Source: a virus | Lineage: Duplodnaviria; Caudoviricetes | Virus record (IMG/VR): IMGVR_UViG_3300050144_000026 | Location: 1 to 34,583 of that record | Direction: 5' to 3' (one strand) | DNA: 34,583 nt | In this document: one piece after another, positions 7,076-15,817 of the stretch | Layout of the letters: every line of letters starts with the position of its first letter | Numbering within the stretch: position 1 is the stretch's first letter | Translations under genes and position numbers: made by a program | Notes under the pieces: generated by a model | The model's input: the letters and a program-made list of their open reading frames with translations, nothing else | Databases searched by the model: none | Told to the model about the DNA's origin: nothing

Positions 7076-8366
7076 GCTAACTGTGCTCAGGCTTCTCAAG
7101 TACCGGCCACGGTACGAGAGGCTTGCTAACTCAGTGCCCAAAGCAGCGATGGACATTAAGACCAAGACAATCCTTGATGACTTTGGTGCGTACTTCAAGG
7201 AGTACCCAGAGTGCAAGAAGATTGATCATGACCCCTTCATGTTCTGGTTCAAAGGCTTCAGGCATCCAACCCTGACCGAAGAACAAAAGGCACTGTACGA
7301 TACGCTCTTGCGTGCTGTGCAAGAGGATGTGTCCGCTGATGTAGAGGCCGGGCTGCGTGAACGGCTGGTGGCTGCGGCTACCGCTGAGCGTGTGGCTAAG
7401 CTGCTGCAACAGTGGAATGATGGCGACGAGATGGATTTGTTCGTTGCCCTGCGTGAGCAGGTTGAGATATTTGCAGGTGAGACTGACCGCAAGGTCAAGG
7501 TGCCGTGGGTGCGTACTCCGATTGGCGAAATGCTTGAGGAAGAAGCTAACGACTCCGGCCTGCACTGGCGACTCGATTGCCTTAACATGAGCATGCGTCC
7601 GCTTCGAGGCGGCGACTTCATTGTAGTAGCTGGCCGCCCTGACAAGGGCAAGACTACGTTCCTTACTGATAACCTGACTTACATGAGCAAGCAAGTTCAT
7701 GATATGTACGGCGGTCAGCGGCACGTTAGCTGGTTCAACAACGAAGGCCCAGGTAAGCGCATCATCTCCCGTGCTTACCAGTCAGCGCTTAACATCACCA
7801 TTGCCGAGATGGTTGAGCTGTACCGCAAGCCGAGCAAGACGCACATGCACTTGCTTGATGAGCTGTACGCCACTGCTGTAGGTAGGCTGGATGGCCTGCG
7901 CATCTACGATGTTCACGACTTCTGGAACCATGAGGTTGAGGACATTCTGCGAGAAGGCGAGTCCGGTCTCGCCGTGTTCGACATGGTGGACAACATCAAG
8001 TTCGGCGGCGAGGCAGCTAACGGCGGTGAGCGTACCGACCAGAAGCTAGAGGCGATGTATCAGTGGGCTCGCATGATGGCTGTCAAGCATGACATTCCCA
8101 TCATTGCTACCTCGCAGATCAGCGCCGACGGTGACGGTATCGCTTACCCTACGCTGCCCATGCTCAAGGATAGCAAGACCGGCAAGCAAGGCGCTGCTGA
8201 GGCAATCATCACCATCGGTGCAAGCAATGACCCGATGCTTACCAACTCCCGTTTCATCGGCTCAACCAAGAACAAGTTGCATCGTAGCGGCGGGCCTAAA
8301 GACCCACGTTGCGAGGTGTTGTTTGACGGTGAGCGCGGACGTTACGTTACACCACGACCTGCATGA
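7065..8366 (+). CDS. DnaB-like (SF4) replicative DNA helicase
   Basis: Walker A GRPDKGKT, FNNEG, Walker B AVFDMVD, ATSQ, LKDSKTGKQG, KNK; TTG start. Confidence 0.95.
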   Translation: MSLELTVLRLLKYRPRYERLANSVPKAAMDIKTKTILDDFGAYFKEYPECKKIDHDPFMFWFKGFRHPTLTEEQKALYDTLLRAVQEDVSADVEAGLRERLVAAATAERVAKLLQQWNDGDEMDLFVALREQVEIFAGETDRKVKVPWVRTPIGEMLEEEANDSGLHWRLDCLNMSMRPLRGGDFIVVAGRPDKGKTTFLTDNLTYMSKQVHDMYGGQRHVSWFNNEGPGKRIISRAYQSALNITIAEMVELYRKPSKTHMHLLDELYATAVGRLDGLRIYDVHDFWNHEVEDILREGESGLAVFDMVDNIKFGGEAANGGERTDQKLEAMYQWARMMAVKHDIPIIATSQISADGDGIAYPTLPMLKDSKTGKQGAAEAIITIGASNDPMLTNSRFIGSTKNKLHRSGGPKDPRCEVLFDGERGRYVTPRPA

Positions 8367-8587
8367 TCACTATTCAACCCTACCGATCAATGGTAAAGAT
8401 CGACGGCATCACCTTTGTGCCCGTCGTTTCTGCCCGGCCTGTGTGCCACTACTGCGCGTTTCAGCCTGGGCATAACGGTGCCTGGGATATTCCCGAGGCA
8501 ACTCGCAGCGAGGCGTGCAACTCTGCACCCTGCCGCGACTGGCAAACGCCTGATAGTGTGCACCTTTTCTACCGGCACAAGCAGTGA
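8363..8587 (+). CDS. Small Cys-rich hypothetical protein (74 aa)
   Basis: ATGA overlap with helicase; CHYC...C....C possible metal site. Confidence 0.7.
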   Translation: MITIQPYRSMVKIDGITFVPVVSARPVCHYCAFQPGHNGAWDIPEATRSEACNSAPCRDWQTPDSVHLFYRHKQ

Positions 8588-9258
8588 GTAAGCTCATTGT
8601 GGTTGCCGCCCTGGCCCTGCTTGCAGGTGCCGCACAAGCAACTCCGCAGTTCGATGTAGGCTTAGGCTTATCCGCTGCGGAGCTTGCACCTAACGGTACT
8701 TGGTATCAAGAGGGTCATCCCTATACCACCAAGCTCAACACTCCCGGCGCCATGCTTGGGTTTAGCGATAAATTTAATGATGATTGGAAATGGAATGCGC
8801 ATTACGTACACCTTGGTACAAAGAGAGGGGACGCACTCGCCTGTGACAGAGACGAGCACTACTCGGGTACTGGAGACTGCGGGCCTGTCGGCAACGTCGC
8901 TCGCTACCTTAGTGCTGGCTCAGGCAACGGATTGGCTTTCACGGCAGAGCGCACCGTTGGAATATCAGGGTACGCCGCCTCCCGAGTACGAATCGGATTG
9001 GAGGCGGGGCCGTATGTTTACCGCCCAAAGAATTTTGTCCGTGTGGACGGATGGAAAGCAACTCCTGACAGTGAACCTCAAACCATTTACAAGATTAATA
9101 CCCGACGCTACCAAGTCGGCTATGTTGTTGGCGTTAACGTCTACCTTACCGATGCATGGCGTGTGTCTGCCCGAAGGTACGCAAACCGCTGCCTCCCCAG
9201 CGCCGACGCCTGCCTCTGGGACGCAACCACCGCAATCACCCTTGTGTACTCCTTCTGA
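8584..9258 (+). CDS. Outer-membrane beta-barrel protein with Sec signal peptide
   Basis: Signal MSKLIVVAALALLAGAAQA (A-x-A cleavage), amphipathic beta strands, C-terminal ITLVYSF beta-signal ending in Phe; GTGA overlap with the upstream gene. Confidence 0.8.
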   Translation: MSKLIVVAALALLAGAAQATPQFDVGLGLSAAELAPNGTWYQEGHPYTTKLNTPGAMLGFSDKFNDDWKWNAHYVHLGTKRGDALACDRDEHYSGTGDCGPVGNVARYLSAGSGNGLAFTAERTVGISGYAASRVRIGLEAGPYVYRPKNFVRVDGWKATPDSEPQTIYKINTRRYQVGYVVGVNVYLTDAWRVSARRYANRCLPSADACLWDATTAITLVYSF

Positions 9259-9592
9259 GCCGCCGGTAAAGCGGCACGTCACGGCCGAGCTGATCAATAA
9301 GGTACGCAACTCGCTTACCTACAAGGATGGTTGGACACTGCGCATTCTGCGTAGCCGTGAGCATGTTGTGCTTGGGTGGAAGTTCTACGCTCCGGACCTC
9401 ACCTCCCCTAGCCGCGAGGTTAAGCTGTGGTCCAGCCGCGACTGGTACTTGCCTGCCTATGGGCTGACCGTCGACAAGCTGATCAAGACGGCGTGGCTTG
9501 CAGCTAAGCAGGCCGAGGATCATGAGGCGGCTGAAGCGTTCCGCGTTAACGGTGTGGCTGTGTTCGATCCGCACAAGGAGATTACACTGTGA
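9242..9592 (+). CDS. Hypothetical protein (~116 aa; WYLP...TAWLA...EDHE...F...G..VFDPH)
   Basis: C-terminal part of ORF 8684-9592 has phage-like codon usage and a GTGA overlap with the polymerase; start (TTG 9242) uncertain. Confidence 0.7.
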   Translation: MCTPSEPPVKRHVTAELINKVRNSLTYKDGWTLRILRSREHVVLGWKFYAPDLTSPSREVKLWSSRDWYLPAYGLTVDKLIKTAWLAAKQAEDHEAAEAFRVNGVAVFDPHKEITL

Positions 9593-12033
9593 CTGCATCG
9601 TACGCAATCATGGACATTGAAACGTCCATCTTCACCAGCTTCAAGCGCAAGGCTAACCCGTTCGATCCACGCAACTGGGTAGTGTACGGTGGCTGGTCGT
9701 TCGGTGGGCCTGCTCAGATGGTCCGGCTGCGCCAGCATGACCAAGATCATAGCTGGTTCCTTAACCTGCTCCAGCCTAGCACTCGATTCATCGTCGGCGC
9801 TAACATCAAGTTCGACATTCTGCACTTGATGCAGCAGCGTGTGGTGCGCGAGAAGTGGATGGAGTGGGTGGCTAACGGCGGCCTAGTGTGGGACATTCAG
9901 CTTGCTGAGTACCTGCTTGAAGGTCAGACCGAAAGCAGCCACATGCTAAGCCTGGATGAGATGGCCGTGCGTTACGGCGGCGACCTCAAGGTTGATGAAG
10001 TCAAGGCACTGTGGGAAGCTGGCGTGCAGACCGAGGACATTGACCCTGATCTGATCAAGCGTTACCTGATCGGTGAGGTGCTGCCTTCTGGCGAGCGCCG
10101 AGAGGGTGACATTGGTAATACCGAGAAGGTGTTCAAGGCACAGCTTGAGCGGGCCAAGGCACAGGGCCAAGGTCGTAGCATCATCCTCAACATGGGTGCA
10201 CTCGTTGCGTCTATCGAGATGGAGTTCAACGGCATGTACGTCAACCGTGAGCTTGGCGATAAGCTGGCTCAGGACTTGACTATCAAGCTGGCCGAGGCGC
10301 AGCAGCGCTTGGCGCAGTACCTGCCGCCCGATCTGAAGTTCGGCTTTAGCTGGACGAACCGCTACCACCTGAGCCCCATCATCTTTGGTGGCACGATCAA
10401 GTACGATCGGCGTGTCTACAAGCTGGAGTCTGGCAAGGAAATACCGTGCGATGAGTACGATGCAGCCGTGCATGGGCCTATCGAGTGCCCTCAGATTGAC
10501 GAGACGCACTACGTCCTTGATGATGGTAGTACCATGGAAGTCCTGTGGTACGAGCACTGTCTCGGTACAGAGTGGCGTGGCGCTGTGCCTGAAAGCAAGG
10601 AGCGCGTGCAGTTCAAGAGCGGCAAGAATGCTGGCGAGTACAAGACCAAGAAGGTCAAGGTGCCTGACCGCACACGGCCTAAGTCTGCGGCTCGTGAGTT
10701 CTTCATACAGCTACCCGGATACACTAAGCCGCTCGACGGCATGGTGGCCGGTGATACTGGGCTGTACTCTGTGGACAGCGACACCATTGAGCGCCTTGGC
10801 AACAGCAACATCCCGTTCCTGAAAGACCTGGCCTCTGTCAAGAAGATGGACAAGGACTTGGGAACTTACTTCATTCGTTACGACGAGAAGAAAGGTACTC
10901 ATGTCGGCATGCTCACTCTGGTGCAGCCTGATAGCATCATCCATCACAGCATCAACCACACTTCAACCGTCACCGGGCGCTTCTCATCGAGCAACCCCAA
11001 CCTTCAGAACATCCCTAAGGGTAACAAGTCTGAAGTTAAGACGGTGTTTGAGTCGCGCTTTGGTGACGATGGCCTTATCGGGCAGTCCGACTTCAGCTCC
11101 CTCGAAGTGTATGTGCAAGCCATCCTTACAGGCTGTGTCAACCTCATCAGTGACTTGAAGTCTGGCATCGACTTGCACTGCATGCGCTTGTCCATCAAGG
11201 AGAAGATGGATTACCAGGAAGTCAAGAACCTGTGCAAAGGGTTCACCGACGCCAACGGTGTGTACCATGAGGCTGTGTCCGAGTGGGACTACAAGCGCAC
11301 GGGTGCTAAGGTGTTCTCTTTCCAACGTGCTTACGGTGCAGGTGCTGCGGCTATTGCCGAGTCCACTGGCATGCCCATCCAAGAAGTCGAAGCCCTGGTC
11401 GCTGCTGAGAAAGAGCGTTACCCCGAGACTGAGACTTACTTCGAGCGGCGTGCTGAGGAAATCAGCAAGAACCGCATCCCTACTAACCACATCGTGCCGC
11501 ATCCCAAGATGCCAGCCGTCATGTGTCAGCTTGGTATCAGCCGAGTGTGCACACCGGACGGCAAGCGCTACACCTACAAGGAGGCCCCGGCCCCTGAGTT
11601 CCTGGTTAAGCGTGGCATCCGTGCCAACTTTGTGCCTACGCAGATTAAAAACTACGAGGTGCAAGGTGCTGGTGCTGAGGTTATGAAGGCTGCGATGTGG
11701 CTGGCAGTGCGTATGTTCTACCTGCGCAAGAACTTCGGTGAGCTTGCCAAGCTGGTCAACACTGTGCACGATGCGCAGTACATCGACACTCACAAGTCTG
11801 TGTCTGTCGAAGCTGCTGCTACCCTGCATGCCTGCATGCTGGCGGCCAGTGACTTCATCGAGTGGTGGTTCAACTGGAAGCTCCCGCTTCCCGTGCCTAG
11901 CGACACCGTACTTGGTGCCAACATGGGTGAAGAAAGCAACGTGACTGATCCCAACTTCAAGCCGCGCTACGAAGCAATTCGTATCGAAATCCGTAACCGT
12001 TTCATGAACGGCTACACCCCTTCCTTTATCTGA
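9589..12033 (+). CDS. Family A DNA polymerase with 3'-5' exonuclease
   Basis: ExoI DIET, NIKFD, TGRFSSSNPNLQNIP, motif A DFSSLE, motif B RTGAKVFSFQRAYGAG, motif C VHDA. Confidence 0.97.
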   Translation: MTASYAIMDIETSIFTSFKRKANPFDPRNWVVYGGWSFGGPAQMVRLRQHDQDHSWFLNLLQPSTRFIVGANIKFDILHLMQQRVVREKWMEWVANGGLVWDIQLAEYLLEGQTESSHMLSLDEMAVRYGGDLKVDEVKALWEAGVQTEDIDPDLIKRYLIGEVLPSGERREGDIGNTEKVFKAQLERAKAQGQGRSIILNMGALVASIEMEFNGMYVNRELGDKLAQDLTIKLAEAQQRLAQYLPPDLKFGFSWTNRYHLSPIIFGGTIKYDRRVYKLESGKEIPCDEYDAAVHGPIECPQIDETHYVLDDGSTMEVLWYEHCLGTEWRGAVPESKERVQFKSGKNAGEYKTKKVKVPDRTRPKSAAREFFIQLPGYTKPLDGMVAGDTGLYSVDSDTIERLGNSNIPFLKDLASVKKMDKDLGTYFIRYDEKKGTHVGMLTLVQPDSIIHHSINHTSTVTGRFSSSNPNLQNIPKGNKSEVKTVFESRFGDDGLIGQSDFSSLEVYVQAILTGCVNLISDLKSGIDLHCMRLSIKEKMDYQEVKNLCKGFTDANGVYHEAVSEWDYKRTGAKVFSFQRAYGAGAAAIAESTGMPIQEVEALVAAEKERYPETETYFERRAEEISKNRIPTNHIVPHPKMPAVMCQLGISRVCTPDGKRYTYKEAPAPEFLVKRGIRANFVPTQIKNYEVQGAGAEVMKAAMWLAVRMFYLRKNFGELAKLVNTVHDAQYIDTHKSVSVEAAATLHACMLAASDFIEWWFNWKLPLPVPSDTVLGANMGEESNVTDPNFKPRYEAIRIEIRNRFMNGYTPSFI

Positions 12034-12042
12034 AAGTAATAC

Positions 12043-12834
12043 ATGACCTTTGACATTTCCTCCGCCATCGCCGCCGCTAAAGCCACTGCCCCTAACATGA
12101 CCGAAGCCCAGAAGGGTGGCGGTACTTACGTTCCTCCTGCTGCTGGCATCGTTCGCTGCCGCTTCATCGCTTACTACGAACTGGGCAACCACACCCAGAA
12201 GGTTACGGGTAAGCCTGACCAGAAGAAGGACATGGCCCGCTTGGTGTTCGAGTTGTCCGGCCCTGGTCATGAGCCCAAGCCAAGCGATAAGGGTCCGATC
12301 CCTGAGCGTCTGAGCATCGACGTTCCGTACAGCCTGAACGAGAAGGCGCACTTCTTCAAGCTGTTCAGTGTGATGAACTGGGAGCACAAGGCTACCCACA
12401 TTGCCGAGTTGCTGGGCGGTGAGTATCTGGCCGAGGTGATCCACGTTGCCAGCAAGTCCGACGCAACCAAGGTATACGCTAGCCTCAAGGGCCCGAACGG
12501 CTACACGATCAAGGCTCCGCAGTACGTTGACCCGCTGACTGCAACCACGGTGCGTGTGCCTGTCGATCCGGCCATCACCCCGCTGTCGATCTTCCTGTGG
12601 AACAATCCCAGCAAGGCTATGTGGGACTCGATCTACATCGACGGCGAGTACGAAGAAGGCAAGAGCAAGAACGTGATCCAGGAAAAGATCATGGCGGCTA
12701 ACAACTTCATCGGCTCGCCCATTCACCAGATCATCGCCAGCGGCACCGAGACTGGCATGGTGCTGGGCGCAGCTCAGCCTACCCCTCCCGCTAATGCTGC
12801 TGCTCAGGCTGATCCCCTGGCTGGCCTGCAATGA
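12043..12834 (+). CDS. Conserved replication-region protein, possibly ssDNA-binding
   Basis: Between polymerase and exonuclease as in phiKMV-like phages; very biased codons; beta-rich core and flexible tail. SSB function is inference. Confidence 0.7.
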   Translation: MTFDISSAIAAAKATAPNMTEAQKGGGTYVPPAAGIVRCRFIAYYELGNHTQKVTGKPDQKKDMARLVFELSGPGHEPKPSDKGPIPERLSIDVPYSLNEKAHFFKLFSVMNWEHKATHIAELLGGEYLAEVIHVASKSDATKVYASLKGPNGYTIKAPQYVDPLTATTVRVPVDPAITPLSIFLWNNPSKAMWDSIYIDGEYEEGKSKNVIQEKIMAANNFIGSPIHQIIASGTETGMVLGAAQPTPPANAAAQADPLAGLQ

Positions 12835-13808
12835 TCGACGTGCAAGCGGCTATTGCCGCAGCGAAGGCTGAGGTTAGCATGGTGGCGCCTGTCGCCATCC
12901 CTGTTGTCCCTGGCCGGGTCATGCATGTAGACGGGGACTTCCTGTGCTACTGGGCTGGAGGTGGGGCAGACTCCAACACTGGCCCAGGCCGGGCACGTCA
13001 AGCTGCACTTGGCAAGATCGACATGTTGCGCTCTATGAGTGGCAGCGAGTCAGTCATTGTGCACCTTACTGCCAGTGGCAGCATCAAGGCTAACCGGTTC
13101 ATCATCGCTACGGTCAAGCCGTACCAAGGACAGCGTGCGGGCTCAGGCAAGCCGCCTAACTGGCGCTACCTGCGAGACTTCTTCGAGTCTCATCCCAACG
13201 TGCCGGGCCTTAGCGTCAAGATGTGGGGTGCACGGGAAGCTGACGATGGCTTCGCCTTGGTGTCCGCTCAAGCTGCGGCTGCTGACAAGCTCAACCTATG
13301 CTGCTTAGCGTACCGTGACAAGGACATGCGTATGCTTCCCGGCCTGCACATTAACTGGGAGACATTCGATCTGATCGAGGTGCCTGCCGGTAAGTACAGC
13401 GTGGTTGGGCCTGATGGCTTGCAGTATGGGCGTAAGTGGTTCTGGTTGCAGTTGCTCATGGGCGACACGGCTGATCACATTCCCGGCCTGCCAAAGTACA
13501 TCAAGGACAACGGCAAGCCTGGGCTGGTAGGCGAGGCCACTGCCATCAAGCTGCTGTCGTGGTGTGCCAATAGCAGCGAAGCCTTTGAGACTGTGCGCGG
13601 TCTGTATGAAGGTTACTACGCTGATGAGTGGGCTGACCGCTTGATGGAGCAGGGCCTGCTGCTGTGGCTGCGCAACGACCTGGGTGCCACCGAGGATAAC
13701 ATCTGGGAAATCTTCCCACGACACCCGCACCTTGAGCGTGCGCTTACTGCTGTGAAGGAACGCATCCATGACGCCAGACAAGCGGCTCTCGCAATCGGAA
13801 CTGAGTAA
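12831..13808 (+). CDS. 5'-3' exonuclease (T7 gp6/RNase H-like FEN family)
   Basis: HVDGD, KPYQGQR, EADD, DKDMR, GDTADHIPG motifs. Confidence 0.93.
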   Translation: MIDVQAAIAAAKAEVSMVAPVAIPVVPGRVMHVDGDFLCYWAGGGADSNTGPGRARQAALGKIDMLRSMSGSESVIVHLTASGSIKANRFIIATVKPYQGQRAGSGKPPNWRYLRDFFESHPNVPGLSVKMWGAREADDGFALVSAQAAAADKLNLCCLAYRDKDMRMLPGLHINWETFDLIEVPAGKYSVVGPDGLQYGRKWFWLQLLMGDTADHIPGLPKYIKDNGKPGLVGEATAIKLLSWCANSSEAFETVRGLYEGYYADEWADRLMEQGLLLWLRNDLGATEDNIWEIFPRHPHLERALTAVKERIHDARQAALAIGTE

Positions 13809-14151
13809 GTACCGAGCGCAAGTTCTTGCTGACCAAGGCGGGCGCTGCCAGCTATGCGGGGAGATTATCCCCGCTGGCGAGGCGGTGTTCGACCATGACC
13901 ACAAGACCGGCCACTGTCGTGCTGTGCTGCATCGTGGCTGCAACGCCATGCTTGGGCACATCGAGAACAATCGGCCACGGCACAGCTTGATGGGCGGGCG
14001 GCTTGACCGCATGCTCAAGGCTGTGTTCACCTACATCCACGCTAACTACAGCGACCGTCCGCTGTACCCCACCTTCCGCAACGAAGATGAAAAGCGTGAA
14101 CTCAAGAACATGCGAGCCCGTAAAGCTCGCGCCAAGAAGAAAGCAACCTAA
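13768..14151 (+). CDS. Endonuclease VII-like Holliday junction resolvase
   Basis: QGGRCQLC...DHDHKTGHCRAVLHRGCNAMLG. Confidence 0.93.
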   Translation: MTPDKRLSQSELSKYRAQVLADQGGRCQLCGEIIPAGEAVFDHDHKTGHCRAVLHRGCNAMLGHIENNRPRHSLMGGRLDRMLKAVFTYIHANYSDRPLYPTFRNEDEKRELKNMRARKARAKKKAT

Positions 14152-14279
14152 TGGGTAACGATACGCAACAAGAAGGTTACGGCTACGCTGAGCCGGTGCT
14201 GGACTTCGATAGCGATGCACCTCTGCCAGTGTGCCCACTGCGCAACAACGGCGATGAAGTCTGCGAGTCCTGCCAATGA
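14151..14279 (+). CDS. 42-aa acidic peptide ending C-x9-CESCQ, resembling the class I RNR alpha C-terminal tail
   Basis: Read by hand: TAATG overlap upstream and ATGA overlap downstream; MGNDTQQEGYGYAEPVLDFDSDAPLPVCPLRNNGDEVCESCQ. Confidence 0.8.
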   Translation: MGNDTQQEGYGYAEPVLDFDSDAPLPVCPLRNNGDEVCESCQ

Positions 14280-15055
14280 ACGGCCCCAAGATTCTGACGC
14301 TGGACATTGAGACGGCACCTCTGGAAGTGTACGCTTGGAGTACCTGGAAGGTTAACGTCGGCCTCAACCAGATCATTACCGAGTGGTCCATCCTATCGTA
14401 CTGCGCTAAGTGGTTGCACCGTAAGGGTGTGATCTACGCTGACTGCCGTGGGCAGGATGATGTGCGTGACGACCGGGCCATGCTCGATGGTCTGTGGGCT
14501 CTGCTTGACGAGGCTGACATTGTGGTGGCACAGAACGGTGTGCGCTTTGATGTTCGCAAGATCAAGGCCCGCATGATCCTGCTGGGCTACGAGCCACCGT
14601 CGCCGTTCAAGATCGTTGACACCATGCTGGAAGCTAAGAAGCACTTCGCCTTCACTAGCAACCGCCTTGCATGGCTGTCCGAGAAGCTGACCGACACGGC
14701 CAAGGATGAGCACAAGAAGTTCCCAGGCTTTGAACTGTGGACTGCGTGCCTTGCTGACAACCCGGAAGCATGGAACGAGATGCGTAAGTACAACCGCCGC
14801 GATGTGGTTGCTACCGAGAACCTCTACAAGCGCATGCTGCCCTGGATGATCGGCCATCCCAACGTGGCTAACTACACCGATGACGATGAGATTGCTTGCC
14901 CGTACTGTGGCAGCAACGAGGTCACGGCTAACGGTCATGTGCATACCCAGGTAAACAAGTACGTGCGCTACCGATGCAACGGCTGCGGTGGCTGGAGTCG
15001 TGGCCGCTATTCGATTACACCCAAGAGCAAGCGCGGTTCGCTGCTCGTTAACTAA
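14276..15055 (+). CDS. DnaQ/RNase H-like 3'-5' exonuclease with C-terminal Zn ribbon
   Basis: LDIET, AQNGVRFD, DT, YNRRDV motifs; CPYC...CNGC. Confidence 0.9.
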   Translation: MNGPKILTLDIETAPLEVYAWSTWKVNVGLNQIITEWSILSYCAKWLHRKGVIYADCRGQDDVRDDRAMLDGLWALLDEADIVVAQNGVRFDVRKIKARMILLGYEPPSPFKIVDTMLEAKKHFAFTSNRLAWLSEKLTDTAKDEHKKFPGFELWTACLADNPEAWNEMRKYNRRDVVATENLYKRMLPWMIGHPNVANYTDDDEIACPYCGSNEVTANGHVHTQVNKYVRYRCNGCGGWSRGRYSITPKSKRGSLLVN

Positions 15056-15063
15056 GGATTAAC

Positions 15064-15591
15064 ATGACGTTCAAAGTTGGTGATAAGGTTCGGTTCCGTA
15101 AAGTGTCTGTGCCCTTTGCAGGTCCTTTGTACCGGGCCTTCAAAGATCAAGTGTTGACCGTGGCTGGGGTCGTCAAACGGCACCCGTACAATTACCTCAT
15201 TCTGGAAGAGGCGTTGGCGGTATGGCCTGACCATGCGCAAGCTGTTGAAAAGTTCGAGCTTGCCGAGGATACTGTGGATGCCCATGTGCCCGGCGCTAAG
15301 CTGGATGCAGGCAAGCCGCAGCCTCTGCTGATCGAGCGTGACATGGCTAACGCCCTGGCCGCAGTGGTGGAGGTCGCTACCTTTGGCGCTAAGAAGTACA
15401 GCCCAGGCGGCTGGCTCCAGGTTGCTGATGGCTTCAACCGCTACAGCGACGCAGAGGCGCGGCACCGCAACAAGCGCCACCGTGGCGAGACGCACGACGA
15501 TGACAGCAAGCTGCTGCACTTGCAGCACGAGGCATGGAACGCCCTTGCTAAGCTCGAACTTTACTTGCGTGAGAATGCAAACAAGGTTTGA
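15064..15591 (+). CDS. dATP/dGTP diphosphohydrolase-domain protein (DUF5664-like)
   Basis: GAKLDAGKP...FGAKKYSPGGW...RY.DA..RH...D.DS.LLHL.H.AWNAL signature; N-terminal FKVGDKVR extension. Confidence 0.85.
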   Translation: MTFKVGDKVRFRKVSVPFAGPLYRAFKDQVLTVAGVVKRHPYNYLILEEALAVWPDHAQAVEKFELAEDTVDAHVPGAKLDAGKPQPLLIERDMANALAAVVEVATFGAKKYSPGGWLQVADGFNRYSDAEARHRNKRHRGETHDDDSKLLHLQHEAWNALAKLELYLRENANKV

Positions 15592-15817
15592 GTCCTTCAT
15601 AGAAACCTGCATTAACATCCTGATCGGCTTTGGAATTAACTTCATTGCCAACTGGATGATCTTGCCGCTGTTCGGGTTCCACACCCTAACACTGGGGCAG
15701 AACTTCCTGATCGGCCTGTGCTTCACAGGTATCAGCGTGGTTCGCTCCTACGTCATCCGACGCTGGGCTCAACGCCATCTAACCAAGTTCATCAAACAGA
15801 TAGCATCACTATTATGA
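15575..15817 (+). CDS. Small two-TM membrane protein (80 aa, MQTRFESFIETCINILIGF...SYVIRRW)
   Basis: ATG 15575 overlaps the upstream gene, two hydrophobic helices, ATGA overlap downstream. Confidence 0.8.
   Translation: MQTRFESFIETCINILIGFGINFIANWMILPLFGFHTLTLGQNFLIGLCFTGISVVRSYVIRRWAQRHLTKFIKQIASLL

Noticed and set aside
10984-12831. 615-aa minus-strand ORF, and other long antisense ORFs (e.g. 22821-23810, 28938-29924, 31485-32582)
   Set aside because: They lie opposite well-supported, codon-biased genes and show no recognisable motifs; typical antisense shadows.
15064-15591. Z-base (2-aminoadenine) genome pathway suggested by the dATP/dGTP hydrolase domain
   Set aside because: No PurZ/adenylosuccinate-synthetase-like gene in the window; the domain alone is insufficient.
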